Origin: Coprothermobacterota bacterium
GTDB lineage: Bacteria > Coprothermobacterota > HKB111
DNA length: 64,000 nt
Assembly: GCA_037440465.1 (NCBI GenBank)
Contig: JBBIUB010000006.1
Span: 251-64,250, forward strand
Direction: 5' to 3'
Of the stretch, positions 27,981 through 38,146 are shown one piece after another. Each line of letters opens with the position of its first letter. The first letter of the stretch is position 1. The notes beneath the pieces were generated by a model, which worked only from the letters and a program-made list of their open reading frames with translations, had not been told where the DNA came from and ran no database searches. A program made the translations under genes and the position numbers.

Positions 27981-28721
27981 TTATGGAGCTGGCTTGAAGG
28001 CTACGAAGGTAGCATAGTATACATCGACATTCCCGACTTTGACAGCATAACCCTTAACAGCAGCATGAGCTCCCACGGTTAAATCACCGAAACCTACCTG
28101 ACCAACTCCAGGTTTTTGGAAAATAGTTTTAGGTGTAACCTTGAATGTTCTAAGAACAGTTGTGGTATCTCCTTTTTTTGGCTTCATCTCAAGAGTGAAA
28201 GATTTCTCAGTTGGGGTGTTAATTATCGACTTTACAATACCTACTGCGATAATTCTTCCAGGGGGACGCTGAAGTATGCGGATGATTTTAGCAGTAAATA
28301 CTTTTTTAGTGGTATCATAAATACCATTCACCATTACCCAGGCATCAATAATAATATCTTTAAACTCTACTTTCCCTACTCCTGCTTTGAATACTTGGGC
28401 TCCATCTGCGTTGACATTAAGGACTGGTCCTACACCTATTCTTTTGGCTACGTTTTTAGCAAAGGGTTCAACCAGAGCAACATCCAATATTTTTCCACTA
28501 ATTTTCACTACCACTCCCTTAAATGCTACTCTTATTTCAGCCTTTAGTTCAGGTTTGTTTTTTTCTTGAGCTTGAAGCTTTACCTGCTGTTTTTCCTGGT
28601 TTTTGGCATAAGCAAATCCGGGAAGTAAAGTAGCTACAAGTCCGACCACTAAGAGAAGTACAATCAATTTACGCATTGTTTTTCTGCCTCCTTTTTCCAT
28701 TTTATTACTTTCTTTATACAT
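27981..28721 (-). CDS. secreted K/V-rich protein, DUF5666-like repeat protein (paralog 1)
   Basis: Signal peptide (MRKLIVLLLVVGLVATLLPGFAYA); repeated beta-rich GxVKSV...SFTL modules. Confidence 0.5.
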   Translation of the reverse strand: MYKESNKMEKGGRKTMRKLIVLLLVVGLVATLLPGFAYAKNQEKQQVKLQAQEKNKPELKAEIRVAFKGVVVKISGKILDVALVEPFAKNVAKRIGVGPVLNVNADGAQVFKAGVGKVEFKDIIIDAWVMVNGIYDTTKKVFTAKIIRILQRPPGRIIAVGIVKSIINTPTEKSFTLEMKPKKGDTTTVLRTFKVTPKTIFQKPGVGQVGFGDLTVGAHAAVKGYAVKVGNVDVYYATFVAFKPAP

Positions 28722-28767
28722 TAAGACGGTTAATAATCAATAAAAGTTCACCGAACACCCAACTCTT

Positions 28768-29445
28768 TTATTGAGCACTTAAGGCTACAAGAACGGCATA
28801 ATAAGCACCACGCCACAAATAGCCCTTGACTTCTGCTTTCATCCCTGGCTTGAGGTTGGCAAAAGTTACTCTTCCTGCTCCTTCTTTTAGATAAACGGTG
28901 GTGGGAAGGACATAAATTATTCTGGTTATCACATCTCCCCCTGCCCCTTTTACCTCTATTGTAAAACTGTTTTGTCCTACGCTTTTTATAACACCTTTAC
29001 CAATTGTATAACCAGATGGTTCTTGAAGAAGGGTTATCTTGAGTCCATAGAAGATGTTAGCTGTCTTGTGGTAATTACCTTTGACTATGACGGATATACC
29101 CAAGAGGTCAGAAAGGTTTACCTTTTCCTCTTTTCTATCCTTTGCTCTTATGAACTTCGCCTCATTAACATCAACCTTCACCACTTCTCCTATTCTTAGG
29201 GTTTTGCTTATTGAGATCTTCCATGGTTCGGTTAGAGCTACATCTATGGTTTTTCTGGTGGGGGAATAATCCACCACTACTCCACTGAAAGAGACATTTT
29301 TAAGGAGGTCTTTAGCCCGTTCAATTAGCCTTTCCCTGGTTTCCTTCCATCTCTCTCTGAGAAAGGTTAAGTCTATTGCTGAGGCCTCACCCGCATAGGA
29401 GATGACCAGAAATCCTATAAGGATGGCGGTTAATATTTTCCTAAT
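28768..29445 (-). CDS. secreted DUF5666-like protein (paralog 2); N-terminus probably extends to a non-canonical ATT start at 29445 with a signal peptide
   Basis: Frame is open upstream of the GTG-called start and encodes a signal peptide (ILTAILIGFLVISYAGEASA); strong RBS AGAGGTGA 6 nt before ATT; the C-terminal domain resembles paralog 1. Confidence 0.45.
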   Translation of the reverse strand: MRKILTAILIGFLVISYAGEASAIDLTFLRERWKETRERLIERAKDLLKNVSFSGVVVDYSPTRKTIDVALTEPWKISISKTLRIGEVVKVDVNEAKFIRAKDRKEEKVNLSDLLGISVIVKGNYHKTANIFYGLKITLLQEPSGYTIGKGVIKSVGQNSFTIEVKGAGGDVITRIIYVLPTTVYLKEGAGRVTFANLKPGMKAEVKGYLWRGAYYAVLVALSAQ

Positions 29446-29518
29446 AAATCATCACCTCTAAAATGATTTTATCATAAGAAGAATTATTAATTTATTGAAA
29501 ATACTTCTTATTTTCAGG

Positions 29519-31630
29519 TTAATTTAAAATCTGTACAATTATTTTTTCTTCAAAACCTTCTCTTGTTTGAGCATGAATCTGCAGGTATCCACTTTCTACT
29601 GGGGTATAAGTTAATTCTTGTCCATTACCCAACATTTTTCCATTAATAAACCAATTCACCTCTTCTTTAGCCCTGAGGATGATCCTGGTGTTTTTCTCCA
29701 GTAGAAAGGTATCGTCTTGATGGGGGCTTAGAATAAGTGTAGAATCTTTTTCCTTAAGGATATTAAGAGTTTGGGTATAGGCATCATCAGATAGACCATA
29801 ATTAATAGTATTATCTTCATAGAACTCCCTGATATGTTTATAAGTGAAGGGTGTTTTATGGTTATATCCTGAATTTAAAAGCACTCCCATTATCTCAGAC
29901 CAGATAAGACCTGCCCCCACTTGACCAGAGACTTCATCCATGGGTGAGTTGTCACTGTTACCCACCCAGACTCCCACCAGAAAATCAGTAGTGTAGCCTA
30001 TCACCCAGCTGTCCCGATAATCCCGTGAAGTGCCTGTTTTTAGGGCGTAATTATTCTGAAAAAGATTGAGTAAACTTTTCATGCCGAACTGTTCCATTCC
30101 GGTTTGACGGTCTTGGAGAATTTTATTGATGAGTTCTATATATTGAGGTTGGATAACTAATTTATCTGGTGTGTTTATCGATGAGGAGTGGGTAGAAAGT
30201 TCTCTCAAAATACCGTTGTTTGGAAATATCGTAAAATACTTACAGAGGTCTAATAGGCTCATATCCAGACCTCCCAGGGCAATTCCCAATTGATAACTTT
30301 CCCAGGGTTGAATGGGTTTAAATCCGAGGTTCTTCTCCAGGAAGCTATAGAAATCCTCCAAACCCACATACTCCAGAACCTTTACTGCCGGGACATTGAG
30401 GCTGTTACTGAGGGCGTAGTGTAAATCAACCTCTCCCCGGTATTTCCAGTCATAATTTTTGGGATAAAGGGGAAGCCCAATAGCGGTCATATACTTATAC
30501 TCCCTGTCGTCCACCAGGGTATAGGGCCTTAATCCCTTTTCAAAGGCTTTAAGGTAGATGAAAGGCTTGATAGTGGAACCAATAGGTCTGGGTTCTGATA
30601 CCATATTGATTTTGTAGCCATCTCTGGAAGATTGAGGATCAGGAGAGCCAATGAGTGCCAATAGCTCGTTTTCAGGAAGTTTAATCACTACCACCGCTGC
30701 ATTTCTGGCGTTTTTCCACCTTAAATCATCCAAATTTCTCTTTACGATGTCTCTCAATCTTTCATTAAGTAGCAGGTCTATGGTGAGTTCTTTATCGCTA
30801 ATTGTTTCTTTTATAAGAGAAGATACTTCAAAAAAAGCAGGTTTAAAGCGGGAATAATGACGCATATTCTCTTTGATGGTTAAGGAGTCAAGAATTACCA
30901 ACTCGTCAGGATTAAGATTAAGCCATTTACCCAAAGCTATGGCTTTTTCTTTGTTTCTGAGTTTGGCTGGATGGTTATTAGTGGGGTTATTGATGGTGAC
31001 CAGAAGTTGTAGAATCTGTCCATCACTAAGTAGGTCCGGTGGAAGATTAAAATATAATCTACTGGCTTCTCCTATCCCTGTAGCTTGATTACCAAAAGAT
31101 ATAGAATTTACATACATCTTGAGGATTTCTTCCTTTGTTTTGTAGAGCTCCAGGCTAACAGCATAGACCAGTTCAATGATTTTATTCTTCACGCTTCTAT
31201 CTAATTCATTATACAGAAGTATCTTGGCAAGTTGCTGGGTGATGGTGCTGGAAGCCATTCTCCTTCCTAAACCCAGATGACTTAACCCATATTTTAAAAT
31301 ACTCACAGGGTTAAAACCGGGGTGTTGGTAGAAGTATCTATCTTCCTTAATAAGGAGAAGTTCCTTAAGGCGTGGAGGGACTTCATCTATGAATCTTGCC
31401 CAATCTCCTTTTTCATTGGGTAATAGGAAAACTTCTTCTCCCTTTCTATCTTTTACCGCTACTGAGTTCAGTTTCTGGTATGTAGTAACCAGATTTTTCT
31501 GGAGGTGATAACCCGTCAGAGCCCAGGATGTTCCAAGCAGGATAATCCCGATTAGAAGAATCCCAGCAGCTTTCAGAAAACGAGGTCTATTAATACTACT
31601 TATTCTACTCAATTTCAAAAAATCTTCCAC
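29519..31630 (-). CDS. pbpC: class A penicillin-binding protein PBP1C (transglycosylase + transpeptidase + PbpC C-terminal domain)
   Basis: GT51 EDRYFYQHPG motif; transpeptidase STIKPF, SNS, KTGTS motifs; signal-anchor N-terminus; overlaps the A2M gene by 26 nt. Confidence 0.8.
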   Translation of the reverse strand: MEDFLKLSRISSINRPRFLKAAGILLIGIILLGTSWALTGYHLQKNLVTTYQKLNSVAVKDRKGEEVFLLPNEKGDWARFIDEVPPRLKELLLIKEDRYFYQHPGFNPVSILKYGLSHLGLGRRMASSTITQQLAKILLYNELDRSVKNKIIELVYAVSLELYKTKEEILKMYVNSISFGNQATGIGEASRLYFNLPPDLLSDGQILQLLVTINNPTNNHPAKLRNKEKAIALGKWLNLNPDELVILDSLTIKENMRHYSRFKPAFFEVSSLIKETISDKELTIDLLLNERLRDIVKRNLDDLRWKNARNAAVVVIKLPENELLALIGSPDPQSSRDGYKINMVSEPRPIGSTIKPFIYLKAFEKGLRPYTLVDDREYKYMTAIGLPLYPKNYDWKYRGEVDLHYALSNSLNVPAVKVLEYVGLEDFYSFLEKNLGFKPIQPWESYQLGIALGGLDMSLLDLCKYFTIFPNNGILRELSTHSSSINTPDKLVIQPQYIELINKILQDRQTGMEQFGMKSLLNLFQNNYALKTGTSRDYRDSWVIGYTTDFLVGVWVGNSDNSPMDEVSGQVGAGLIWSEIMGVLLNSGYNHKTPFTYKHIREFYEDNTINYGLSDDAYTQTLNILKEKDSTLILSPHQDDTFLLEKNTRIILRAKEEVNWFINGKMLGNGQELTYTPVESGYLQIHAQTREGFEEKIIVQILN

Positions 31631-34600
31631 TGGTTCTACCGAAGTTTTCCGGGAAATACATCTCCGAAACCATAGCAGGAAGATGTGTGAATTTACCTTT
31701 GATGAGAGCTCTTACGAAGTATTCAAACTCATATACACCGGGGCTTAGATGTTCTACATATAGGAAGGCCCTGTCATCATGCATTGCTTTATACTGGGGA
31801 TATAGAGACCTGTCAAAGTATCTTCGCCAGTAATTTTCATTTCGTTTGTATTCATCTTCCAGAAGTAAGGATTTTTGCTCAGTGGCTAAATCTAAATTAA
31901 CAATCTCCATCCCGGCTGGAATGAAATCTTCCACCATTACAAAGTTCCTGGATTTAGGCACTGTTATCTGAAGGCGTACCCTGAGAACATCACCCACTTT
32001 AGCTTTAGTGAGAGGATTCTCGTTCTTTTTATCCTCCAGACTGTAGAACTCCCTGGTGATACTGAAACCTTCGTCCCTCGGTGGAATACGGTTGGCAGGG
32101 AGGTAGTATTTCATAGCCATGTCGTAGTAGAAGGCATTGGGGAGCTGGTTGTGGTTGGTCTTCTGGAAAGTAACTACATTGTTTTGATTGAACCTTAGCT
32201 CCTGGATGGGGATCTCCCTCATATACTGGTCAAGAATAGTCTCGGTGTTGAAACGGAAACTTCCTTTGCTCTTCTCGTTTAGAAGTATGTCCAGAGTAAA
32301 GTCAGATTCAGTTTCCCTCTTCCACTCCAGAAAGTCGGTGAAGGCATCTATGACTGTTAGAGTATTGTTAGTGGAACCCCAGCCACCATCCCTGTAACGA
32401 CTGTTAAGAAGCCACCTTATAACCTTATCTATGGTGGGTTTATCGGATTTTATAGCTATCTGTGCCTTAAGATAGAGAGCGGTGTTCTTGATGGGGGTTT
32501 CATAATACAGCCACATCAGGTTTTTACCCACTTCCATGAAGGCTCCTCTGCCATCAATTTTTATTCTATTATCCAGAATCTTAAAGACCTTATTCTTTAA
32601 CTTAGCATCGAATTCTCCATGTTGCAGAAGAATAGAGAGTTGAGCCAGGGAAGTACTGCTTATCTGTTCATTTATGAAAAGCTCGTCGTTTATCAAGTCA
32701 ATTATTTTTTTCTTTAGGGTATCACCATATTTGAAGTCGGGAAGTCTAAAGAGTGTATAGGTGGTCAGGATTATGGTGTCCTTATTCTGATAAAGAGGGT
32801 AGTCGGTGGTTATCTTCTGGTAGAGGTAATCCACCGCTCTCTGGAGACTGGTCTGATTAACATTGAAGCCAGCCAGATAGAGATTGTTAAAAGTCTCCAC
32901 TATATGAAGGGTGAGGTAGAAGTTGGACGCATAGCCTCGCCAGAAAGTGAAACCTCCGTCCCAGTTCTGATTGTTGTAAAGTTCTGTAAGACCTATATCC
33001 ACCACTTCAACTATGGTGTATTCCCTGTTTCCGTATTTAATCTTCTCCAGTTTAAATTTCTCTCCCACATTGGGGATATTGAGCCCTCTTTTGACTACAG
33101 CGATGGCACTAAGTTTACTGGCTATTTGCTCTGAACAACCGTAGGGGAACTCCAAAAGATATTTAAGGGCATCGGAGAGGAAGACTGCCAGGGTAGCGCT
33201 GGTTTTTACTGTCAGGTTTCCTCTATCTTTGAGGATTTCATCGGTTAAAAAGACATACTCTTTGAAGACTGGCAGTGTGGTGTAATTAGAGGTGACTGTG
33301 ACTTCGTAGGTGTTATTGGGGGTGATGTTGATGATTTGTTCTACCGTGTCCTCCAATCCATCGCCTTTTGCGGAGAGGGTAAAGATGTGTTCTCCCTTTT
33401 CTATATTAGGCGGTGCCTGAACTCTAAAGTAGAGGGTCTCACTCTTTCCAGGTTCCAGGCGAAGTTTCTTTTCTGATTTATCATCTATTAGAGTGAGGGT
33501 TGAGCTTTCAAAATTTACTGAAAGATTATGGGATTCCTTGCTCTGGTTAAAAATCTGAGCACCGATCTGGAAAATATCCCCTGGTACCACAAATCGAGGC
33601 TTCAGCGGAACTACCATTAGTTCCTTTCTGGTCATAAACTCAAGGTAGCATACTCCCAGTTTAGCATCTCGGGTCAGTCCCAGGGTCTCTACCTGCCAGG
33701 TGGTGAGGTTGTCCGGGAGTCTAAACTTGACCTGCCCCTTCCCCTTATCATCCGTTCTTACTACTGCTTGCCAGTAAGCGGTTTCTTTGAAGATACCTCT
33801 CTTCTTTATGGCAAGATTATCTTCAGACCTAAGACCTCCCCCTCCCTTAGTAAGGATTTCCACTTTAACCAGGATATCCTTAATGTTACTAGCGGTAGAG
33901 ACGTTAAGTGGGAAGCCTGAGTAAAAATGGATTAATGGGTTCTTTTTGGGGTTTCCTTTAAGGGCCAGGACGCTTAAATCAACCACCGCCACAGACACCT
34001 CGGCTGGCATGGGTTTACCAGTATAATCTTTGGTCAGGATATCCAGAAGGACTTCTTCACCAGGTAGATACTTCTCCTTATTGGATTTTACCTCTATATC
34101 CAGTCTTTTCCTATCTGTGTTTATTTGAAACTCTACCATTCCAAACTTGACTTCTGGTTTAGAAGATATAAGTATGACTGATACGTAGACGCTTGGTAGA
34201 TATTCATCTTTTACAGTAAAAGTGAAAGGAAGTAGATTACCTTCCACCTCCTTAATCTGGTACTCAAAAATTCTTCCTCTCTCTATGGATATAAGGGCTT
34301 TGGCTTTAGAGTAAGGTGATTTAATCAAGATTTTACCTTCATCACCAACATTGAGTTGTTTTTTCTCAGCTTCTATCTCCAGTTGAGTGTTTGTAGTAGG
34401 TTTCACGCTGACCTCACCTTTACCGTAAATATAAATGTTGTAGGTGGATGAAACCAGGTTTCCCCTTTTGTCTGTGGCATTGGCTTCTGCTTCATATTCC
34501 CCTTCCTGAGCTATCTGAAGTTCCTGGACGTAATCTCCCTTGCTGTCTGTAGAAAAATTGTAAGTGTTAGTTAGGCTCCTTTTTCTCTCCCACTGATACT

Positions 34601-37600
34601 GGAAACCTCCACCTACCCCTTGTCTTTTACTGTAGACCCAATCTACCTTATAAAGATTTAGGGTGATGTTATTTAACTGCATAGCCTTCCCCTGGGTATC
34701 TACAGATTTCACCCGGAGATTGAACTTCTCATCTTTACCAGCAAAGTATTTATCAGAGCGCAGACCCAGGTAAAATTCTCCAGCATGGAGGATGAAAGAT
34801 TTTTGGATGGAGACACTCTGACCCTGAGTATTCTGAACAGTGATGTCAAAAACGATTATCTTACTTTTTCTATCCTTTTGCTCCTTAAAGAATTTATCCA
34901 AGTCCAAAAGTTGAGAGATTTTGGCCTTACCATTAACATCCAGTGTAGTTTTACCTCGAAGAATAAATCTATCACCGTAATCATAGTAAGGCCAGTAGTA
35001 CCAGCCTGTGCCAAAGTCAAAGTATCCTTCTGTATATCTATCAAAGTGATAGTTTTGGCTGCTCATAGTATAGGTAACTTCTCCACCTTCTAAAGGAACT
35101 CCAAAATAGTAGCGGGCATCAATCTCCAGATTGGTAGTATCTTTAGAGATATATTCTTCTTTATCTGCTTTCACATTAATTTCAAAGGGAGCTGGAACAT
35201 ATTCCTGGACATCAAAAGAAGCATCACCAAAATCACCAGCAGAGACATAGTACCAACCAAGTGGTGAGTTTTTCTCCAGAATAAGGCTGGTGTTAAAAGT
35301 TCCATAATCGTTTATATCCAATTCCTGGTTAAAGACTTCGTCACCACGGGGGTTATTAATTTTCAGGCTGATTTTTCGGTTTCTGGGTAACTCATAGTTT
35401 CCGTCATAACCGGTAAGAAAAATACCTTTCAGGAAGACCTCTTGTCCAGGTCTGTAGATGGGCTTATCTGTGTAAAGGTAAATCCGTGGAGTAGAATAAG
35501 CAGTAACCACCCAGTTTAACCTGCTGGCTTTGGCGGGGATGATGGTGCTGTCCTTCCCTTTACTGATTATCACTCCAGCAAGCTGGGGAACTGAAGGGGT
35601 GTGAGCAATTCCTTTTTCGTCGGTGTTATGAGTTAAAATTGCTGTATATTTACCTTCCTGATAAAGTTCAATTTTTGCTCCAGATATAGGTTCCAGGCTG
35701 GTTAAGTTGGTTACCCAATAAAGATTAGAGAGGGTCTTCAATTGCTCAGGTGTGACAGTCCAGAAAGGAGGTAACCCATGGAGGGTGGTAATTTCAGGTA
35801 GAATCCTTTTTTCTGCTACTCCTAAATTAGTAACTGTCAGATAAGTCAGTTGGGCATCATAATTTGAAGGGAAATAGTCGGGATGAGAAAAACTTAATAT
35901 ATAGTGTCCTATAGGTTCTTTAAAGTAGGTTTTAAGGTCTATCTGGAAGAAATTTCTAATCCAATATCTTTTTTGAAGAATGATTTTAGTAGTTACCCGC
36001 TCTTTATAGTTGGTTATCCCTGCTGATTGTCCCCTATAAGAAAGTGCTGTCTGTAGATAATTTAAAAAATCCACCGCTTCTAATTTATAAATCTCCAGGT
36101 TCACGTATTCCATGTTGATGGCAGCATAATTTAGTTTCGTATTGTCGGGTGTGGTAACACTATAGGGGTTTTGGAGATGATGGAAGCTCAGGTCCTTACT
36201 GGGCATTTCACCAGTTGTGAATTTTAAAGTCAAAGTATCTTTTTGCCCGAAGACATCCGTAAAGTTGAGTTCTACGGTATATTTGGAAAGCGGCATCAAA
36301 CCTCCGTAAATCCAAGTGCTAAACTCTCCAGGATAGCAAGTGAGACCTTTATAAGAATAGGTGTCAGTTACCATCCAGGATTCATGCCATGACCTTAATT
36401 CGTAGGACAGGTTGGCTTTAATATATTTTTCATACTCCGTTAGTTCAGGCACCAGGATGGGAGTGGTGCTACAGATTCCTAACTGGGTCAATTCGGCTTT
36501 AGTGGAGTTATCGGTAGGAGAGGTTCTCAGTACTTTAAACTTCGGATAGGTGGATACAACTCTCTTGATAGGTTCCCGGTTTATAACCAACCCTGCTGTG
36601 TTCACAATCTTCTCAAAGGTGACATCCAGTTTTTCTCCAAGACTTACCTTTTCACTATCAAAAATTAGGTAAACTTTCTTTTTGTCAGTGACCTTTTCCA
36701 CTTCCATTCCATAGGCAAAATCTTGTGTTCCATCCTTAGGTTTTTCCCCATAGCCTATCTCCTTTAATTTGGGAGAAGTGATCTTACTCTTATCCAGGTC
36801 AATCTCTTCATAAAAACTTACCCAGAGTTTTCCCTGGGGGTCGAAGAACCCAGCAGAGGCATACTGGGTTCTGGGAGATTCAGCGGAAATATTCTCTATG
36901 GGACCCACTACATTAACCAGGGAAAATCCTTTTTCTTCCAAAATAATATCCCCTTCTGTGGGGTAGGCTCTATTAATAGTAAGGGAATAAGAATTGTCAA
37001 AGTCCCAATATTTTTCTCTTCCGAACCTATCCTTCTGGTTATAGACGAGGATAACCGATTTATCTATCTCCTCTTTAAGAGGGGTACCGGATGGTTTTCC
37101 TGGTTCTTCTATAACTTTTTTCCCGTATTCTGTAATGAATGGAATCTGTTTTACTGTTCCCTGCATAACCAGTGTTATCTCTTTCTTGGTCTTTTCCAGG
37201 TCAACTGGTTGATTAAAGTATATAGAGATGGGTTGATTGTAAACGATGCTGCCTTCAGTAATACCTAAGTTTCTCAGTTTTCGGGTAACAAACTCCACCT
37301 CTTTTCCTTTGACCTCCAGACCATCCATTGATACCATGCCCGGCTTCACTATGACTATATACCGTGAGGACCTGAATAATCTTTCCTTGGGAATGAATTG
37401 AAGATTGCTGGTGGTTATCCACTTAAAACGACCTTCTGTGGTAGGCGTAATCTCCACAGGGACATCTTTTTTCTCCAGATAACCCAGAGTAGTGAGAGGA
37501 ACCATTGGACGGTTAAATACTATGGTTATCTCTGATGTTTCAGGTGACTCTGTATCCTGATGAGGAAAGATTGCCACTATCTCTGGGTCTTCCACTGCCA

Positions 37601-38135
37601 GGAAGTCGCTCCGTATTACACCTTCAGTGGTCGTAAGCTCAGCAAGATAATAGGAGTTTAGAGTCAATATTTCTGAAGGTTTAAAGATAAGCCTATTTTC
37701 TTCTGTTGAAGCTAACCATTCCCCTTTAATTTCAGGAGAAAATATGATGTTTTTAGATGCTGTTTCCTTGTTAATACCCTCTGGTAGATTCAAGAGGATG
37801 GGAGCACTTTGAGATATTTTTTCATTAGTTAGACGGTATGTTACAGCAAAAGTTGGCTTTATGGCATAGTCGCCCTTAAGAATATAATACAGACTACCAG
37901 TAAAAATAAGAATAAAGATTAAAACTGGTACCAGCACCCTCCTCTGATAAACTTTTACCATTTCTAAAATCCTCCTTATAGGATAAATGATAGGGCTGGG
38001 CTTACGATTGTATAATTCTTTTAAGAGCTTATGCTTCAATCTCCTTTTATGACCTACCATTTCAATGTCAGGCACATCCAAATTTTCTAATTTATTAATA
38101 AGGTCATCTTTATTTACAAACTCATCCTTTTTCAT
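31605..38135 (-). CDS. bacterial alpha-2-macroglobulin-family thioester protein (YfhM/ECAM-like), membrane-anchored; alternative start at 37961 (MVKVYQRR..., RBS AAGGAGGA)
   Basis: 2119-2176 aa; thioester motif GCSEQ; single N-terminal TM; canonical A2M-PbpC gene pairing. Confidence 0.8.
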   Translation of the reverse strand: MKKDEFVNKDDLINKLENLDVPDIEMVGHKRRLKHKLLKELYNRKPSPIIYPIRRILEMVKVYQRRVLVPVLIFILIFTGSLYYILKGDYAIKPTFAVTYRLTNEKISQSAPILLNLPEGINKETASKNIIFSPEIKGEWLASTEENRLIFKPSEILTLNSYYLAELTTTEGVIRSDFLAVEDPEIVAIFPHQDTESPETSEITIVFNRPMVPLTTLGYLEKKDVPVEITPTTEGRFKWITTSNLQFIPKERLFRSSRYIVIVKPGMVSMDGLEVKGKEVEFVTRKLRNLGITEGSIVYNQPISIYFNQPVDLEKTKKEITLVMQGTVKQIPFITEYGKKVIEEPGKPSGTPLKEEIDKSVILVYNQKDRFGREKYWDFDNSYSLTINRAYPTEGDIILEEKGFSLVNVVGPIENISAESPRTQYASAGFFDPQGKLWVSFYEEIDLDKSKITSPKLKEIGYGEKPKDGTQDFAYGMEVEKVTDKKKVYLIFDSEKVSLGEKLDVTFEKIVNTAGLVINREPIKRVVSTYPKFKVLRTSPTDNSTKAELTQLGICSTTPILVPELTEYEKYIKANLSYELRSWHESWMVTDTYSYKGLTCYPGEFSTWIYGGLMPLSKYTVELNFTDVFGQKDTLTLKFTTGEMPSKDLSFHHLQNPYSVTTPDNTKLNYAAINMEYVNLEIYKLEAVDFLNYLQTALSYRGQSAGITNYKERVTTKIILQKRYWIRNFFQIDLKTYFKEPIGHYILSFSHPDYFPSNYDAQLTYLTVTNLGVAEKRILPEITTLHGLPPFWTVTPEQLKTLSNLYWVTNLTSLEPISGAKIELYQEGKYTAILTHNTDEKGIAHTPSVPQLAGVIISKGKDSTIIPAKASRLNWVVTAYSTPRIYLYTDKPIYRPGQEVFLKGIFLTGYDGNYELPRNRKISLKINNPRGDEVFNQELDINDYGTFNTSLILEKNSPLGWYYVSAGDFGDASFDVQEYVPAPFEINVKADKEEYISKDTTNLEIDARYYFGVPLEGGEVTYTMSSQNYHFDRYTEGYFDFGTGWYYWPYYDYGDRFILRGKTTLDVNGKAKISQLLDLDKFFKEQKDRKSKIIVFDITVQNTQGQSVSIQKSFILHAGEFYLGLRSDKYFAGKDEKFNLRVKSVDTQGKAMQLNNITLNLYKVDWVYSKRQGVGGGFQYQWERKRSLTNTYNFSTDSKGDYVQELQIAQEGEYEAEANATDKRGNLVSSTYNIYIYGKGEVSVKPTTNTQLEIEAEKKQLNVGDEGKILIKSPYSKAKALISIERGRIFEYQIKEVEGNLLPFTFTVKDEYLPSVYVSVILISSKPEVKFGMVEFQINTDRKRLDIEVKSNKEKYLPGEEVLLDILTKDYTGKPMPAEVSVAVVDLSVLALKGNPKKNPLIHFYSGFPLNVSTASNIKDILVKVEILTKGGGGLRSEDNLAIKKRGIFKETAYWQAVVRTDDKGKGQVKFRLPDNLTTWQVETLGLTRDAKLGVCYLEFMTRKELMVVPLKPRFVVPGDIFQIGAQIFNQSKESHNLSVNFESSTLTLIDDKSEKKLRLEPGKSETLYFRVQAPPNIEKGEHIFTLSAKGDGLEDTVEQIINITPNNTYEVTVTSNYTTLPVFKEYVFLTDEILKDRGNLTVKTSATLAVFLSDALKYLLEFPYGCSEQIASKLSAIAVVKRGLNIPNVGEKFKLEKIKYGNREYTIVEVVDIGLTELYNNQNWDGGFTFWRGYASNFYLTLHIVETFNNLYLAGFNVNQTSLQRAVDYLYQKITTDYPLYQNKDTIILTTYTLFRLPDFKYGDTLKKKIIDLINDELFINEQISSTSLAQLSILLQHGEFDAKLKNKVFKILDNRIKIDGRGAFMEVGKNLMWLYYETPIKNTALYLKAQIAIKSDKPTIDKVIRWLLNSRYRDGGWGSTNNTLTVIDAFTDFLEWKRETESDFTLDILLNEKSKGSFRFNTETILDQYMREIPIQELRFNQNNVVTFQKTNHNQLPNAFYYDMAMKYYLPANRIPPRDEGFSITREFYSLEDKKNENPLTKAKVGDVLRVRLQITVPKSRNFVMVEDFIPAGMEIVNLDLATEQKSLLLEDEYKRNENYWRRYFDRSLYPQYKAMHDDRAFLYVEHLSPGVYEFEYFVRALIKGKFTHLPAMVSEMYFPENFGRTSGRFFEIE

Positions 38136-38146
38136 TTTTCAGCCCT

